Shown here piece after piece: positions 35,726-45,660 of a DNA stretch of 64,000 nucleotides. Below the pieces are notes generated by a model. It was given only the letters and a program-made list of their open reading frames with translations, ran no database searches and was not told the DNA's origin. The position numbers and the translations under genes were made by a program. The stretch covers positions 20,198 through 84,197 of the forward strand of contig JACNJS010000010.1 in the NCBI GenBank assembly GCA_014382445.1, read 5' to 3'. The stretch is from Bacteroidota bacterium (GTDB taxonomy: Bacteria > Bacteroidota > Bacteroidia > Bacteroidales > F082). The stretch's first letter is position 1; each line of letters starts with the position of its first letter.

Positions 35726-38524
35726 ATGAAAAAAGCACTACTACTCGAAGATAATCCCTCGGATGCAAACCTCGTTAGCTGGGAAATAAAAAATCGCTGG
35801 CCTGATATAGAACTCACTGTTGTAAGTCGCTTGAAAGAAGCCAAAAAACTAATGCAGGGCAGTACCATTTTTGATGTTGCTATTTTCGATTTAAAACTAC
35901 CCGACGGCAATGGTATGGACTTACTAAGCGAACTGAGGGCGCATAATTGCCAAACCCCAATAATAATATTAACCGGGCAAGGCTCGGAAGAAATTGCACT
36001 TGCAGCACTTAAAACCGGTGCTAATGATTATATTTCGAAAAAGCCCGGATTTCACAAGCAAATTCCTGATCAAATTGAATATACAATAAAATACACCTTA
36101 GCACATAGTAACCATCTCTCGGTTATGTATGTTGAGCATAACCAGGGCGATATAGATTTAACAAGGCATTATTTAAAAAAATATGCACCACATATTCATC
36201 TAACAATTGTTACAACTGGCGAAAAAGCGTTGGAGCTTTTGTTTAAAAATAATGGTACATCATGTGATTATGATGTGTTATTACTTGATTACCGTTTGGT
36301 AGGACTAAATGCTCTTGAACTAACAAAATATATACGTGTAGAAAGCAAACTGTCGGTTGCCATTGTAATAGTTACGGGACAAGGAGATGAAGAAACCGCT
36401 GTTGAGGCACTTAAAATAGGGGCAGATGATTATATTGTTAAACACGATAATTATTTGCTTCGTTTGCCATCAGTACTATCGAGTGCATATCACCGGTGTG
36501 AGTTGAAACGTAAAAATGAAGCTTTAACACTAAGCGAAACAAAATTCCGCGTGCTATATAATAACTCACCCGATATGTATGTATCAGTTTCACCTGATGA
36601 TGCAACCATCCTTTTATGCAACGATACATTGTTAAACAATACAGGCTATACCCGAGAAGAAATTATCGGCTCGCAAATATTTAATCTGTACACTGACGAA
36701 TGTATTGACGATGTAAAAAAAACATTTCAGGAGTTTGTTGAAAAAGGTGAAGTTAACGATAAGGAATTAATCATAAAAAGAAAAGACGGCAGCTTAATCG
36801 ACGTTAGCCTTAAAGTTGATGCTGTTAGGAACGACAAGGGTGAAATTCTATATTCTATTTCTTCATGGAGAGATATCACCGATCGTAAACGTACCGAAAA
36901 AATCCAAAAGGTATTATATAATATCTCTAATGCAGCAATCATAACTGATAATCTTGAACAATTAATTGGCATGATTCAGGAAGAATTGGGAACTATCATC
37001 GATGCAACTAATTTTTATATTGCCCTTTATGATCCTCAAACGGATATGTTTTCATTACCATTAATAGTGGATGAAATGGAAAATCTTAGTTCTTTTCCTG
37101 CAGCTAATAAATTTTCAAATTATATTATTCAAACTCAAAAATCATTACTGGCTAACAAAGCCAAAGTTCAGGAGATGGTAGCAGCAGGATATGTTAAAAT
37201 TTTTGGACCAGCTTCAGAAATATGGCTTGGTGTACCTCTTAAATTTGGAGGTAAAGTAACAGGCGTACTTGTGGTTCAAAGTTATACTGACGAAAATGCT
37301 TATAATGAATCCGATATGAAAATGCTTGAGTTTGTATCCGACCAGATCAGCTTGTCGATTCACCGTAAAAAAGCACAGGACGAACTAAGGGAAGCTCTCC
37401 ACAAAGCCACTGAATCCGACAGGCTGAAAACTGCATTTTTACAGAATATCAGTCATGAAATACGAACACCAATGAATGGCATATTCGGTTTTACAAGCTT
37501 GCTTAAAGACCCAACACTTACAGGTGAGGAACAGGAATCGTATATTGATATAATTATGATCAGCGGCAATCGGATGCTGAGTACCGTTAACGACCTGATG
37601 GACATTTCAATGTTGGAAACAGGTCAGGTGAAGGTAAATATTTCCACAATTAATGTAAACGATGAATTAAAAAATCTCTATGACTTTTTCAAACCCGAAG
37701 TTGAAGGAAAGGGAATGAAATTTAATTATAGTACTCCTTTATTGTCAAAAGATATTGCTATAAATACCGACCAACAAAAACTAACGGGAATACTTACCAA
37801 CCTAATTAAAAATGCAATTAAATACAGCCACGAAGGGAGCATAGATTTTGGATATGAGAAAAAGGGAACTCATCTTGAATTTTACGTGAAAGATACCGGT
37901 ATAGGAATACCAAAGGATAGGCAGGTGGCTATTTTTGATCGCTTTGTTCAGGCTGATATTGAAGAGGTTAAAGTTTATGAAGGCTCAGGATTGGGGCTAT
38001 CAATTTCATTAGCATATGCCGAAATGCTGGGTGGAAATATTCGGGTTGAATCGGTTGAAAACGAGGGATCGCAGTTTTATTTTACTATCCCCTATATTTC
38101 GGATACACAAGAGTTAATCGAAAGTGAAAATGAAGTATCACCTGAGGAGTTGGCCGACAGCGTTAGTAATCTTAAAATACTTATTGCCGAAGATGAGGAA
38201 GTTGCTGATAGATTCCTAAGTATTATTCTAAACGATATAAGCTCAGAAATTTTGCATGCAAAAACAGGATTGGAAACCTTAGAACTAACTAAAAAAAATC
38301 CCGACATAGATTTGATATTAATGGATATTAAAATGCCCATAATGAGCGGACATGAGGTCACACGAAAAATACGGGAGTTTAATAAAGATGTAATCATAAT
38401 AGCACAAACTGCATATGCTTTAGCCGGTGACCGCGAAAAATCAATTGATGCCGGTTGTAATGATTATATTTCAAAACCAATAGATAAAGATGAGCTTATG
38501 GAGATGATTGGCAGGTTGGTTTGA
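35726..38524 (+). CDS. hybrid sensor histidine kinase: REC - REC - PAS - GAF - HisKA - HATPase_c - REC
   Basis: Two N-terminal receivers (ALLLEDNPSD...VAIFDLKLPDG; VMYVEHNQGD...VLLLDYRL), a PAS domain, then the GAF-kinase-REC cassette shared with 21131 and 39084 (ISHEIRTPMNGI, DTGIGIP, GSGLGLSI, ends DELMEMIGRLV). Confidence 0.9.
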   Translation: MKKALLLEDNPSDANLVSWEIKNRWPDIELTVVSRLKEAKKLMQGSTIFDVAIFDLKLPDGNGMDLLSELRAHNCQTPIIILTGQGSEEIALAALKTGANDYISKKPGFHKQIPDQIEYTIKYTLAHSNHLSVMYVEHNQGDIDLTRHYLKKYAPHIHLTIVTTGEKALELLFKNNGTSCDYDVLLLDYRLVGLNALELTKYIRVESKLSVAIVIVTGQGDEETAVEALKIGADDYIVKHDNYLLRLPSVLSSAYHRCELKRKNEALTLSETKFRVLYNNSPDMYVSVSPDDATILLCNDTLLNNTGYTREEIIGSQIFNLYTDECIDDVKKTFQEFVEKGEVNDKELIIKRKDGSLIDVSLKVDAVRNDKGEILYSISSWRDITDRKRTEKIQKVLYNISNAAIITDNLEQLIGMIQEELGTIIDATNFYIALYDPQTDMFSLPLIVDEMENLSSFPAANKFSNYIIQTQKSLLANKAKVQEMVAAGYVKIFGPASEIWLGVPLKFGGKVTGVLVVQSYTDENAYNESDMKMLEFVSDQISLSIHRKKAQDELREALHKATESDRLKTAFLQNISHEIRTPMNGIFGFTSLLKDPTLTGEEQESYIDIIMISGNRMLSTVNDLMDISMLETGQVKVNISTINVNDELKNLYDFFKPEVEGKGMKFNYSTPLLSKDIAINTDQQKLTGILTNLIKNAIKYSHEGSIDFGYEKKGTHLEFYVKDTGIGIPKDRQVAIFDRFVQADIEEVKVYEGSGLGLSISLAYAEMLGGNIRVESVENEGSQFYFTIPYISDTQELIESENEVSPEELADSVSNLKILIAEDEEVADRFLSIILNDISSEILHAKTGLETLELTKKNPDIDLILMDIKMPIMSGHEVTRKIREFNKDVIIIAQTAYALAGDREKSIDAGCNDYISKPIDKDELMEMIGRLV

Positions 38525-38947
38525 GACCCCCCTGTCATACCCAACACCCCCGGAAAAAGAGGCGCACATAGTGTAATGACAAAAATTCCAAATCTCAAAA
38601 ATCATGAATCTTGTTTTATCATCGGATTAAACGGATTAAACGGATTTTCGTTTTTCGCATTTCGAAAAACTAATCTGCTAAATCCGTTAAATCTGATGAT
38701 GGTTTTCTCATAATTTTTCATTAACTATTCTACATTCAAAATGTACTTGATAATTATCTAATATACAATATGTTCGCATAAGTTGTCATTGGTAACCGCC
38801 AGAGGCGGAGAGATATCCCCTAAAAACAACCCACCTAATTACATAACCCAACAAAATGAAATGTCCCTGGGAGATGTCTCGTCGCAATCCGCCAGACGGT
38901 GGAAAGCTTCCCTACATGACAACCTGTTTACTTAAATTAATGTAAAT
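38525..38947. repeat. ~420-bp non-coding repeat, copy B (paired with 24674-25117)
   Basis: Begins immediately after the kinase stop codon. See copy A. Confidence 0.85.
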
Positions 38948-39083
38948 TTGCTTTTTTGGAATTATTTTTCGAAAAAGCAAAAGAAAATGATAACAGCTTA
39001 AGGATTTGGTCGGCAGATTGTTCGTTTGTTGAAGAGCCTTATTCGATGGCAATCATAATTAACGAATTTCTTAAAAATGAAAC

Positions 39084-41609
39084 TTGAAACTTAAAAAAAT
39101 GAATACAAGCGACACTAAAGAACACCTCGAAAAAGAACTAAACCGATTAAGAGACAAAATTGCCGAATTGGAGAAATCTTTAATTGAACAAAAGAAGACA
39201 GAATATGCACTAAAAAATAACAAAGAAGGTTTACACAATATTATCCAGAACCTGATGGAAGGATTCGCAAGTGCAAGTCTTGAGGGAAAACTACTGGATT
39301 ACAATGATGAATTCGCTCATATTTTAGGGCTTGATCCAAATAAAAATCATGTAGGAATCATGATACCTGATTTTTGGCAAAAACCGGAAGACAGGAAAGA
39401 ATACATACAGGAATTGACAAAAAACGATTTTGTTAAGAATTACATAATAAATGCAAAAAAAGCAGATGGAGAAAAGATTATTCTCAGGGCAAATTCCCGT
39501 TTGTTAAAAGATAAACATGGAAAGCCATTAAGGATTGAGGGGCTGCTCTTCAACATTACAGAACATAAACAGACCGAAGATAAACTTAAGGAAAGTGAGG
39601 AACGGTTTAAACGTCTGTTTAATGACCTTGGTGATGCCGTATTTGTTACAATACTCGGCGGTGCAAACTCAGGCAAAATACTGGAAGTTAATTCAGCAGC
39701 AATTCGACAAACAGGTTATTCAAGAACCGAACTACTACAGATGAATATCATTAATGATCTTCTTATTAATGGTACCGGCGAAATTGATACAGTGAACTGG
39801 GAGGAAAGGCTGAGGGAGGGAGAAATTTTTACTACATCGGAGAAAAAAAGAATGAAGGACGGCACTGAATATTGGACAGATGTAATTGTAACTACTATTG
39901 ATTATATGGGTGAAAAAGCTACATTATCAATTAACCACGACATCACAAAACGTAAAAGGGCCGAACAAATACAAAAGGTGTTATACCAAATCTCTAATGC
40001 AGTTTTAGAAGCCGATGATCTTGAGCATTTAATTAAATTAATCAGGGATGAACTGGGAACTATCATCGATACAACTAATTTTTATATTGCCCTTTACGAC
40101 CAAAGCACCAATACAATTTCATTGCCATTCCATATAGACGAAAAAGATGAAATTACTATTTTTCCTGCGGGTAAAACATTGACATACTACGTTATAAAAA
40201 CTCAAAAATCATTACTTGGCACTAATGAAAGATTGAAAGAATTAGAGAAAACCGGAGAGGTTGAATCTATCGGAGCATCTTCAGCAATATGGCTTGGCGT
40301 GCCACTTAAAATTGAAGGTAAGGTAACTGGCGTGTTGGCTGTTCAAAGTTATACAGATGAGCATGCTTACGATGAATCGGATATGGAATTACTCGAATTT
40401 ATCGCCGACCAGATAAGTATATCGATCGATAAGAAAAAAGCCGAACAGGCTTTAATCGATGCGCTAAATAAAGCAGAAGAATCCGACAGGTTAAAATCAG
40501 CTTTCCTGGCTAATATGAGCCACGAAATACGTACACCGATGAATGGTATTCTTGGTTTCGCAAGTTTGTTAAAACTCCCTGATCTGACAATAGAACAGCT
40601 ACAACAATACGTAAGCATAATTGAAAAAAGCGGTAAACGAATGCTTAACATTATCAACGATTTGATTGATATCTCAAAGATCGAAGCCGGACAAATGGAA
40701 GTCTCAATTTCGGAGTGTGATATAAATAAACAAATCGAATATATGCATACGTTCTTTTTCCCTGAGGCTGAAAACAACGGACTTAAGCTTTCGTTTAAAA
40801 ACGGCTTACCGTCATCAGAAGCAATAATAAAAACCGACCGTGAGAAACTATATGCAATACTTACAAACCTGGTAAAAAATGCCATAAAATATACCCATGA
40901 AGGAAGTATTGATTTTGGATATGTTAAAAAGGGTGAATTCCTTGAGTTTTATGTAGCAGATACCGGCATAGGTATACCCAAAGATAGGCAAAAGGCAGTT
41001 TTTGAAAGGTTTGTTCAGGCCGATATCGAAGACGCTAAAGTTTATGAGGGAGCAGGATTAGGCTTATCAATTACAAGTGCCTATGTTGAAATGTTGGGCG
41101 GTAAAATTTGGATGGAATCAGCTGAAGGTGACCTGCCTGACGGCAAGCCGGGAGGCTCACAGTTTTATTTTACAATTCCTTACAGAACAGGAAAAACAGC
41201 AACAATCACTCAATTACCTAAAGTAGAATCAACAACTGGTATACCGGCAAAAAAACTTAACATTATTATTGCCGAGGATGAAGATGTAGCCGACACGTAT
41301 CTTACAATAATTTTAAAAACACTAAGCAGTCATACATATCATGCAAAAACAGGAAAAGAAGCTGTTAACCTTTGCCGTAATAACCCGGATGTTGAGTTGA
41401 TATTAATGGACATTAAAATGCCAATTATGGGAGGTTATGAAGCCACAAGGGAAATTCGCAAGTTTAACAAGGATGTGATCATCATTGCCCAAACTGCATT
41501 TGCCCTCGCCGGTGATCGTGAAAAAGCAATTGAGGCCGGTTGTAATGATTATATCTCAAAGCCCATAAATAGAAATGAACTAATGGAAATTATTGGGAGG
41601 TTGTGTTGA
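39084..41609 (+). CDS. hybrid sensor histidine kinase: coiled coil - PAS - PAS - GAF - HisKA - HATPase_c - REC
   Basis: The ORF opens at TTG 39084; ATG at 39099 (MNTSDTKEHLEKE...) is the more likely start. Shares the GAF-kinase-REC cassette (MSHEIRTPMNGI, DTGIGIP, GAGLGLSI, LILMDIKMP, ends ELMEIIGRLC). Confidence 0.9.
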   Translation: MKLKKMNTSDTKEHLEKELNRLRDKIAELEKSLIEQKKTEYALKNNKEGLHNIIQNLMEGFASASLEGKLLDYNDEFAHILGLDPNKNHVGIMIPDFWQKPEDRKEYIQELTKNDFVKNYIINAKKADGEKIILRANSRLLKDKHGKPLRIEGLLFNITEHKQTEDKLKESEERFKRLFNDLGDAVFVTILGGANSGKILEVNSAAIRQTGYSRTELLQMNIINDLLINGTGEIDTVNWEERLREGEIFTTSEKKRMKDGTEYWTDVIVTTIDYMGEKATLSINHDITKRKRAEQIQKVLYQISNAVLEADDLEHLIKLIRDELGTIIDTTNFYIALYDQSTNTISLPFHIDEKDEITIFPAGKTLTYYVIKTQKSLLGTNERLKELEKTGEVESIGASSAIWLGVPLKIEGKVTGVLAVQSYTDEHAYDESDMELLEFIADQISISIDKKKAEQALIDALNKAEESDRLKSAFLANMSHEIRTPMNGILGFASLLKLPDLTIEQLQQYVSIIEKSGKRMLNIINDLIDISKIEAGQMEVSISECDINKQIEYMHTFFFPEAENNGLKLSFKNGLPSSEAIIKTDREKLYAILTNLVKNAIKYTHEGSIDFGYVKKGEFLEFYVADTGIGIPKDRQKAVFERFVQADIEDAKVYEGAGLGLSITSAYVEMLGGKIWMESAEGDLPDGKPGGSQFYFTIPYRTGKTATITQLPKVESTTGIPAKKLNIIIAEDEDVADTYLTIILKTLSSHTYHAKTGKEAVNLCRNNPDVELILMDIKMPIMGGYEATREIRKFNKDVIIIAQTAFALAGDREKAIEAGCNDYISKPINRNELMEIIGRLC

Positions 41610-41721
41610 GAGTACCCTGTCACATTAATCCTCCAGAAGCGGAGAGAGATCCCCCAAAAACTAACAGCCATCCCGATTATTTAATTAATTTTGCCCACCT
41701 GAAAAATGACTGTAATATACT

Positions 41722-42624
41722 ATGCAAATTAGGAAAAATCCGTTAGTAATTGGAACAATCGCCATAAGCATTTCTGCAATTATGTGGGGCTTCGATGGGG
41801 TTGTACTAACTCCCCGCCTTTATAACCTTGATGTAGTTTGGGTGGTTTTTGTACTTCATGCAATTCCTTTTTTGCTGATGAACCTGTTCCTGTTTAAGCA
41901 ATACAGCAATCTGGCAATATTTATGAAACAGGATTTCATACTATTTTTCATGGTGGCATTGTTTGGGGGGGCACTCGGCACAATAGCAATTGTGAAGGCG
42001 CTTTTTCTTGTTAACTTTCATCAACTATCGGTTGTGGTTCTGTTACAAAAACTTCAACCAATTTTTGCTATCTTACTGGCCGGTATATTGTTAAAAGAAA
42101 AAATTAAAAAGCATTTCGTTATATGGGCAACACTGGCCATAATTTCAAGCTATTTTCTAACATTCGGCATATCACTACCCAGTGTTTCCATGGATGACAA
42201 TACAATACAAGCTGCATTATTTGCACTGCTTGCCGCTTTCTCGTTTGGCAGTTCAACAGTATTTTCAAAAAAAATATTGCTCAATCACAATTTTATAACA
42301 GCTACCTTTTACAGATATGGGTTTACAAGCCTGTTATTACTGATAACCGTTTTAGTTACCGGCAAAATTTCTCAGTTTGAATTAACTACTGAAATAAATT
42401 GGTTATTTTTTATAATTATAGGAATAACAACAGGCTCAGGCGCAATATTTATTTATTACTACGGACTACGACGTGTTAAGGCAATTGCCGCGACAATAAG
42501 CGAGTTACTGTTTCCGGTATCGGCTATATTATTCGATTATATCTTCAACGATAGCGTATTATCGCCGGTACAATTATTAAGCGCCGCCATTATGGTACTT
42601 GCGATTATTAAACTTAGCAGATAA
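41722..42624 (+). CDS. EamA/DMT family transporter
   Basis: 300 aa, about 10 TM helices in two similar halves, typical of drug/metabolite transporter proteins. Confidence 0.75.
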   Translation: MQIRKNPLVIGTIAISISAIMWGFDGVVLTPRLYNLDVVWVVFVLHAIPFLLMNLFLFKQYSNLAIFMKQDFILFFMVALFGGALGTIAIVKALFLVNFHQLSVVVLLQKLQPIFAILLAGILLKEKIKKHFVIWATLAIISSYFLTFGISLPSVSMDDNTIQAALFALLAAFSFGSSTVFSKKILLNHNFITATFYRYGFTSLLLLITVLVTGKISQFELTTEINWLFFIIIGITTGSGAIFIYYYGLRRVKAIAATISELLFPVSAILFDYIFNDSVLSPVQLLSAAIMVLAIIKLSR

Positions 42625-42670
42625 TTCATTATCTTTATCATAAAATTTACAACACATAAAAGTTAATACC

Positions 42671-42910
42671 ATGGCAGATGATTTGAAATTAATTTATACA
42701 GGTTCGCGTGTCGAAAGCTTATATCTTGTTGAGATACTGGAAGAAAACGGTATTGGAGTTATGCGGCGGGATACTCTATCGGCAAGTGTACAAGCAGGCT
42801 GGGCCGACGGGTCGCCGGAAGATGCAGTTAGGTTATTTGTTACATCCGAAATGTACGATGAAGCCAGGAATATTCTTGATGATTATTTCAAATCGCGCAA
42901 TGATAAGTAA
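42671..42910 (+). CDS. DUF2007-like small protein
   Basis: 79 aa. The pattern LIYTGSRVESLYLVEILEENGI...DEARNILDDY resembles the DUF2007 (putative signal-transducing) family. Confidence 0.55.
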   Translation: MADDLKLIYTGSRVESLYLVEILEENGIGVMRRDTLSASVQAGWADGSPEDAVRLFVTSEMYDEARNILDDYFKSRNDK

Positions 42911-43131
42911 TATGCGGAGGGTTCCATTGTAAAGCTTCAAGAAGCAACGGAAATACATGTCATAATGAGAGCTTGACAGTTAAGACAGGGATACAAAAAT
43001 GATGCTGTTATTGGTATTGAACATGAAAAAGGAACATGAAATAGCCATGATCGGAAAAGACTAACAGAAGATAATATTAAACTTCATCATGGCGTATTCC
43101 ATCTGACCTTTAAAAAACAAATTAATAACAG

Positions 43132-43992
43132 ATGAAACAAGAAAGCAGCTTATTAACTCACTTTATACATAATTCAAACATAGTAGGTGTCTGCGATTTT
43201 GTTTCTGAAAAAATTAACAGTGGCATAGTAATTTACGAAGTTTTAAGGGTAATAAACGGGGTGCCGCTTTTTTTAACTGAACATATTGAGAGATTCTATA
43301 ATTCAGTCGGGCTATTAGGATATAGCACTGCCATTTCTAATAGTAGCCTGCATCTCAGAATTAAGACCCTGATAGAAACAAACAAGCTTGAATATGGCAA
43401 TATACGCTTTCAAATTAGCTATACCGATAGCGGCGAAACTCAATTTTATGCATGGGTTACCCCGTATTTTTATCCTACACACGAAATGTATCAAAATGGT
43501 GCCTCACTTACAACTTTTCGAGCCCTGAGGGTTAACCCTAACATTAAAGTTTTTAATCCCGGATTACGCGAAAAAGTTACCAATCTTATTTCGCAAAGCG
43601 TTAATTATGAGGCACTACTAATCAATAACAACGATTTAATTACTGAAGGGAGCAGGTCGAATGTGTTTTTTGTTACTGAAAACAGAATCGTAACCCCATC
43701 CCTGTGTGCAGTATTGCCAGGTATTACCAGGTTAAAGGCTATTGAAATAACCAAAAAAGTAAAAATTGAATGTAAAGAAGGAAATATCAGCCAAAGTTCG
43801 TTACCATTATTTGATGCTGCTTTTATAACCTCTACCTCTGCTATGATATTGCCGTTATCAAGTATTAATGATGTGCCTTTTAACCCCCGTCATCCAATCA
43901 TCAAAATAATAATTGACGCATACAATGTAATGGTTAAAAAAAATATTGAAACTTTTTCATGGTCACTGATTTCCGATAATAGTAATTTTTAG
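43132..43992 (+). CDS. class IV (fold type IV) aminotransferase / aminodeoxychorismate lyase-like
   Basis: EGSRSNVFFVTENRIVTPSL..VLPGITR and overall size (~286 aa) match the class IV PLP enzyme pattern. Confidence 0.75.
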   Translation: MKQESSLLTHFIHNSNIVGVCDFVSEKINSGIVIYEVLRVINGVPLFLTEHIERFYNSVGLLGYSTAISNSSLHLRIKTLIETNKLEYGNIRFQISYTDSGETQFYAWVTPYFYPTHEMYQNGASLTTFRALRVNPNIKVFNPGLREKVTNLISQSVNYEALLINNNDLITEGSRSNVFFVTENRIVTPSLCAVLPGITRLKAIEITKKVKIECKEGNISQSSLPLFDAAFITSTSAMILPLSSINDVPFNPRHPIIKIIIDAYNVMVKKNIETFSWSLISDNSNF

Positions 43993-44049
43993 TCACTCTC
44001 TCCTTTGTTTTTTGTAATTTTACATAATATTTTTAAGGTAAAAGTCATA

Positions 44050-44910
44050 ATGAGATATCCGGCTATTTCAGTAATATTGCTATCATTATATTTTTTGTTG
44101 GCTTCGCCTATATTAGTTATAGGTCAAAAAGAAATTCCGAACGATTTCTGTATTAATAAACAGGAAGAGAATCTTTTTAACATGATTAACTTATTAAGAG
44201 CTGACTACGAAAAACCAATATTACAGCTTTCGGCCTCACTATCATATGTCGCCAAACTTCATGTTAACGACCTGCAGCATAACAATCCCGACACAAGTAT
44301 TTGCAATCTTTCGAGCTGGTCGGATAACGGAAAATGGACACCCTGTTGTTATAATAAATATCTGCACGATCCCGGCTGCATGTGGGATAAACCAAAAGAG
44401 TTAACGCCTTACACATACCGTGGTTACGAATTAGTAACATTTTTTGAAGAAGATTTCAATATAGATACCATTATTAATCTTTGGTCTGACTCAAGAGAAG
44501 TGCTCAACATGATTTTTACAAATGATGAGTATTCAAATAAGAAGTGGATGTGTGCAGGAATAGGAATAAGCGAAAATTATGTATCACTTTGGTTTGGCCA
44601 GCGAACAGATAAACTTAAACGACCCGATATTTGTGATAAAGGAAATTATGACAATGATCCGTCAGCCGCCATAATTGCTACAAATAAGTTGAGTGCATAT
44701 TATTTAATATTTGGCAGCCATAATAATATGCATGCCGCAAGGGAAGCACGCCGGAAAATTAAAGAAAACAACTTTAAAAATTGTGATATTCTCGTAAAAA
44801 ATGGTAAGTACAGGGTTTATCTGGATAAGTTCAACACTTTAAAAGAAGCACTTTTTGCAAAACAGCAACTCCCTTTCGAATACAGCGAGGCATGGATTCT
44901 GAAGGATTGA
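44050..44910 (+). CDS. secreted CAP/SCP-like protein with C-terminal SPOR-like domain
   Basis: I prefer ATG 44050 (MRYPAISVILLS... signal peptide) over TTG 44005. Central Cys-rich CAP-like region. C-terminal YYLIFGSHNNMHAAREARRKIKE...YRVYLDKFNTLKEALFAKQQL resembles SPOR. Confidence 0.5.
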   Translation: MRYPAISVILLSLYFLLASPILVIGQKEIPNDFCINKQEENLFNMINLLRADYEKPILQLSASLSYVAKLHVNDLQHNNPDTSICNLSSWSDNGKWTPCCYNKYLHDPGCMWDKPKELTPYTYRGYELVTFFEEDFNIDTIINLWSDSREVLNMIFTNDEYSNKKWMCAGIGISENYVSLWFGQRTDKLKRPDICDKGNYDNDPSAAIIATNKLSAYYLIFGSHNNMHAAREARRKIKENNFKNCDILVKNGKYRVYLDKFNTLKEALFAKQQLPFEYSEAWILKD

Positions 44911-44940
44911 ACCTGTTAACTCCTAAGTCTATCAACTACT

Positions 44941-45010
44941 CTAAACTCCTAACTCCAAACTCTAAACTCCAAACTCTAAACTCCAAACTCTAAACTCCTA
45001 ACTCAAAACC
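44941..45010. repeat. heptanucleotide microsatellite (CYAAACT/CCTAACT)x~10, G-free
   Basis: ctaaact cctaact ccaaact ctaaact ccaaact ctaaact ccaaact ctaaact cctaact caaaacc, with 14-bp higher-order periodicity. No G occurs between 44931 and 45010. Confidence 0.85.
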
Positions 45011-45012
45011 CA

Positions 45013-45020
45013 TATCTTTG
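45013..45020 (+). promoter_or_regulatory. candidate -7 box (TAnnTTTG) 8 nt before the ATG of 45028
   Basis: tatctttg matches TAnnTTTG. If used, the mRNA would be nearly leaderless. Confidence 0.25.
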
Positions 45021-45027
45021 CCAACTT

Positions 45028-45522
45028 ATGGAAAGCACAGTAACTTACATAATAATTGCAATAGTTATAATAATGGCAATAACTGTGTATAATTACAGAA
45101 AAAAGCAAACACGATATTATTTACTATCAGTACAGCGGTTTCCCGAACTAATTATTGGGATTAAAATTAAAAAACACCAGCGCAAAATCAATGCTATTTT
45201 AATAAATGTAACGGCAATAAAGGAGATGATTTTGAAAGATGTAAAAGTTGAATTAATCTCATCTAAAAGAGAGTTTAATTATTACTCGTTACAATCGTTA
45301 ATCAGCTTAAATAGTTTGCCACTGAAACTTGATATCAACAGCCAGAACGAATTTATCTTACCCTTTGAAGAATTCCGTTCGTTGTTAATGGACGGTGAGC
45401 ATCCCTTTCGTACATTCCGATTTTTGGTTGTGTCAGATAAAAAACAAACCTATAAATCACACGAGTTGGGATTTGACAAAAAATGGGTAATTTACAGACC
45501 AGATACGGGGAAGTATAATTAG
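45028..45522 (+). CDS. hypothetical membrane-anchored protein
   Basis: N-terminal TM (VTYIIIAIVIIMAITVY) then a ~135-aa domain with no motif I recognise. Confidence 0.4.
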   Translation: MESTVTYIIIAIVIIMAITVYNYRKKQTRYYLLSVQRFPELIIGIKIKKHQRKINAILINVTAIKEMILKDVKVELISSKREFNYYSLQSLISLNSLPLKLDINSQNEFILPFEEFRSLLMDGEHPFRTFRFLVVSDKKQTYKSHELGFDKKWVIYRPDTGKYN

Positions 45523-45660
45523 GTATTTCATCTGTATCCGTCCTTAGTGCGCCTGATGTATTATACATGGAAGCATCTTTAATACAATTTCCATCTAAGA
45601 GGGTTTTTACAACATATTTTCAGCATCCTAAGTCCAAATCGACATAGCCATATCATTGAA

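Noticed and set aside
40367-40885. 172-aa antisense ORF inside the 39084 kinase (and similar ones at 22537-22902, 36727-36972, 38092-38397, 35292-35588)
   Set aside because: They lie opposite strongly supported kinase or receiver domains. S/F/I-rich shadow-frame composition typical of AT-rich antisense frames.
42708-42932. 74-aa ORF in a second frame over the DUF2007 gene
   Set aside because: Same-strand overlap. The DUF2007-like frame has the family-typical pattern and a clean ATG.
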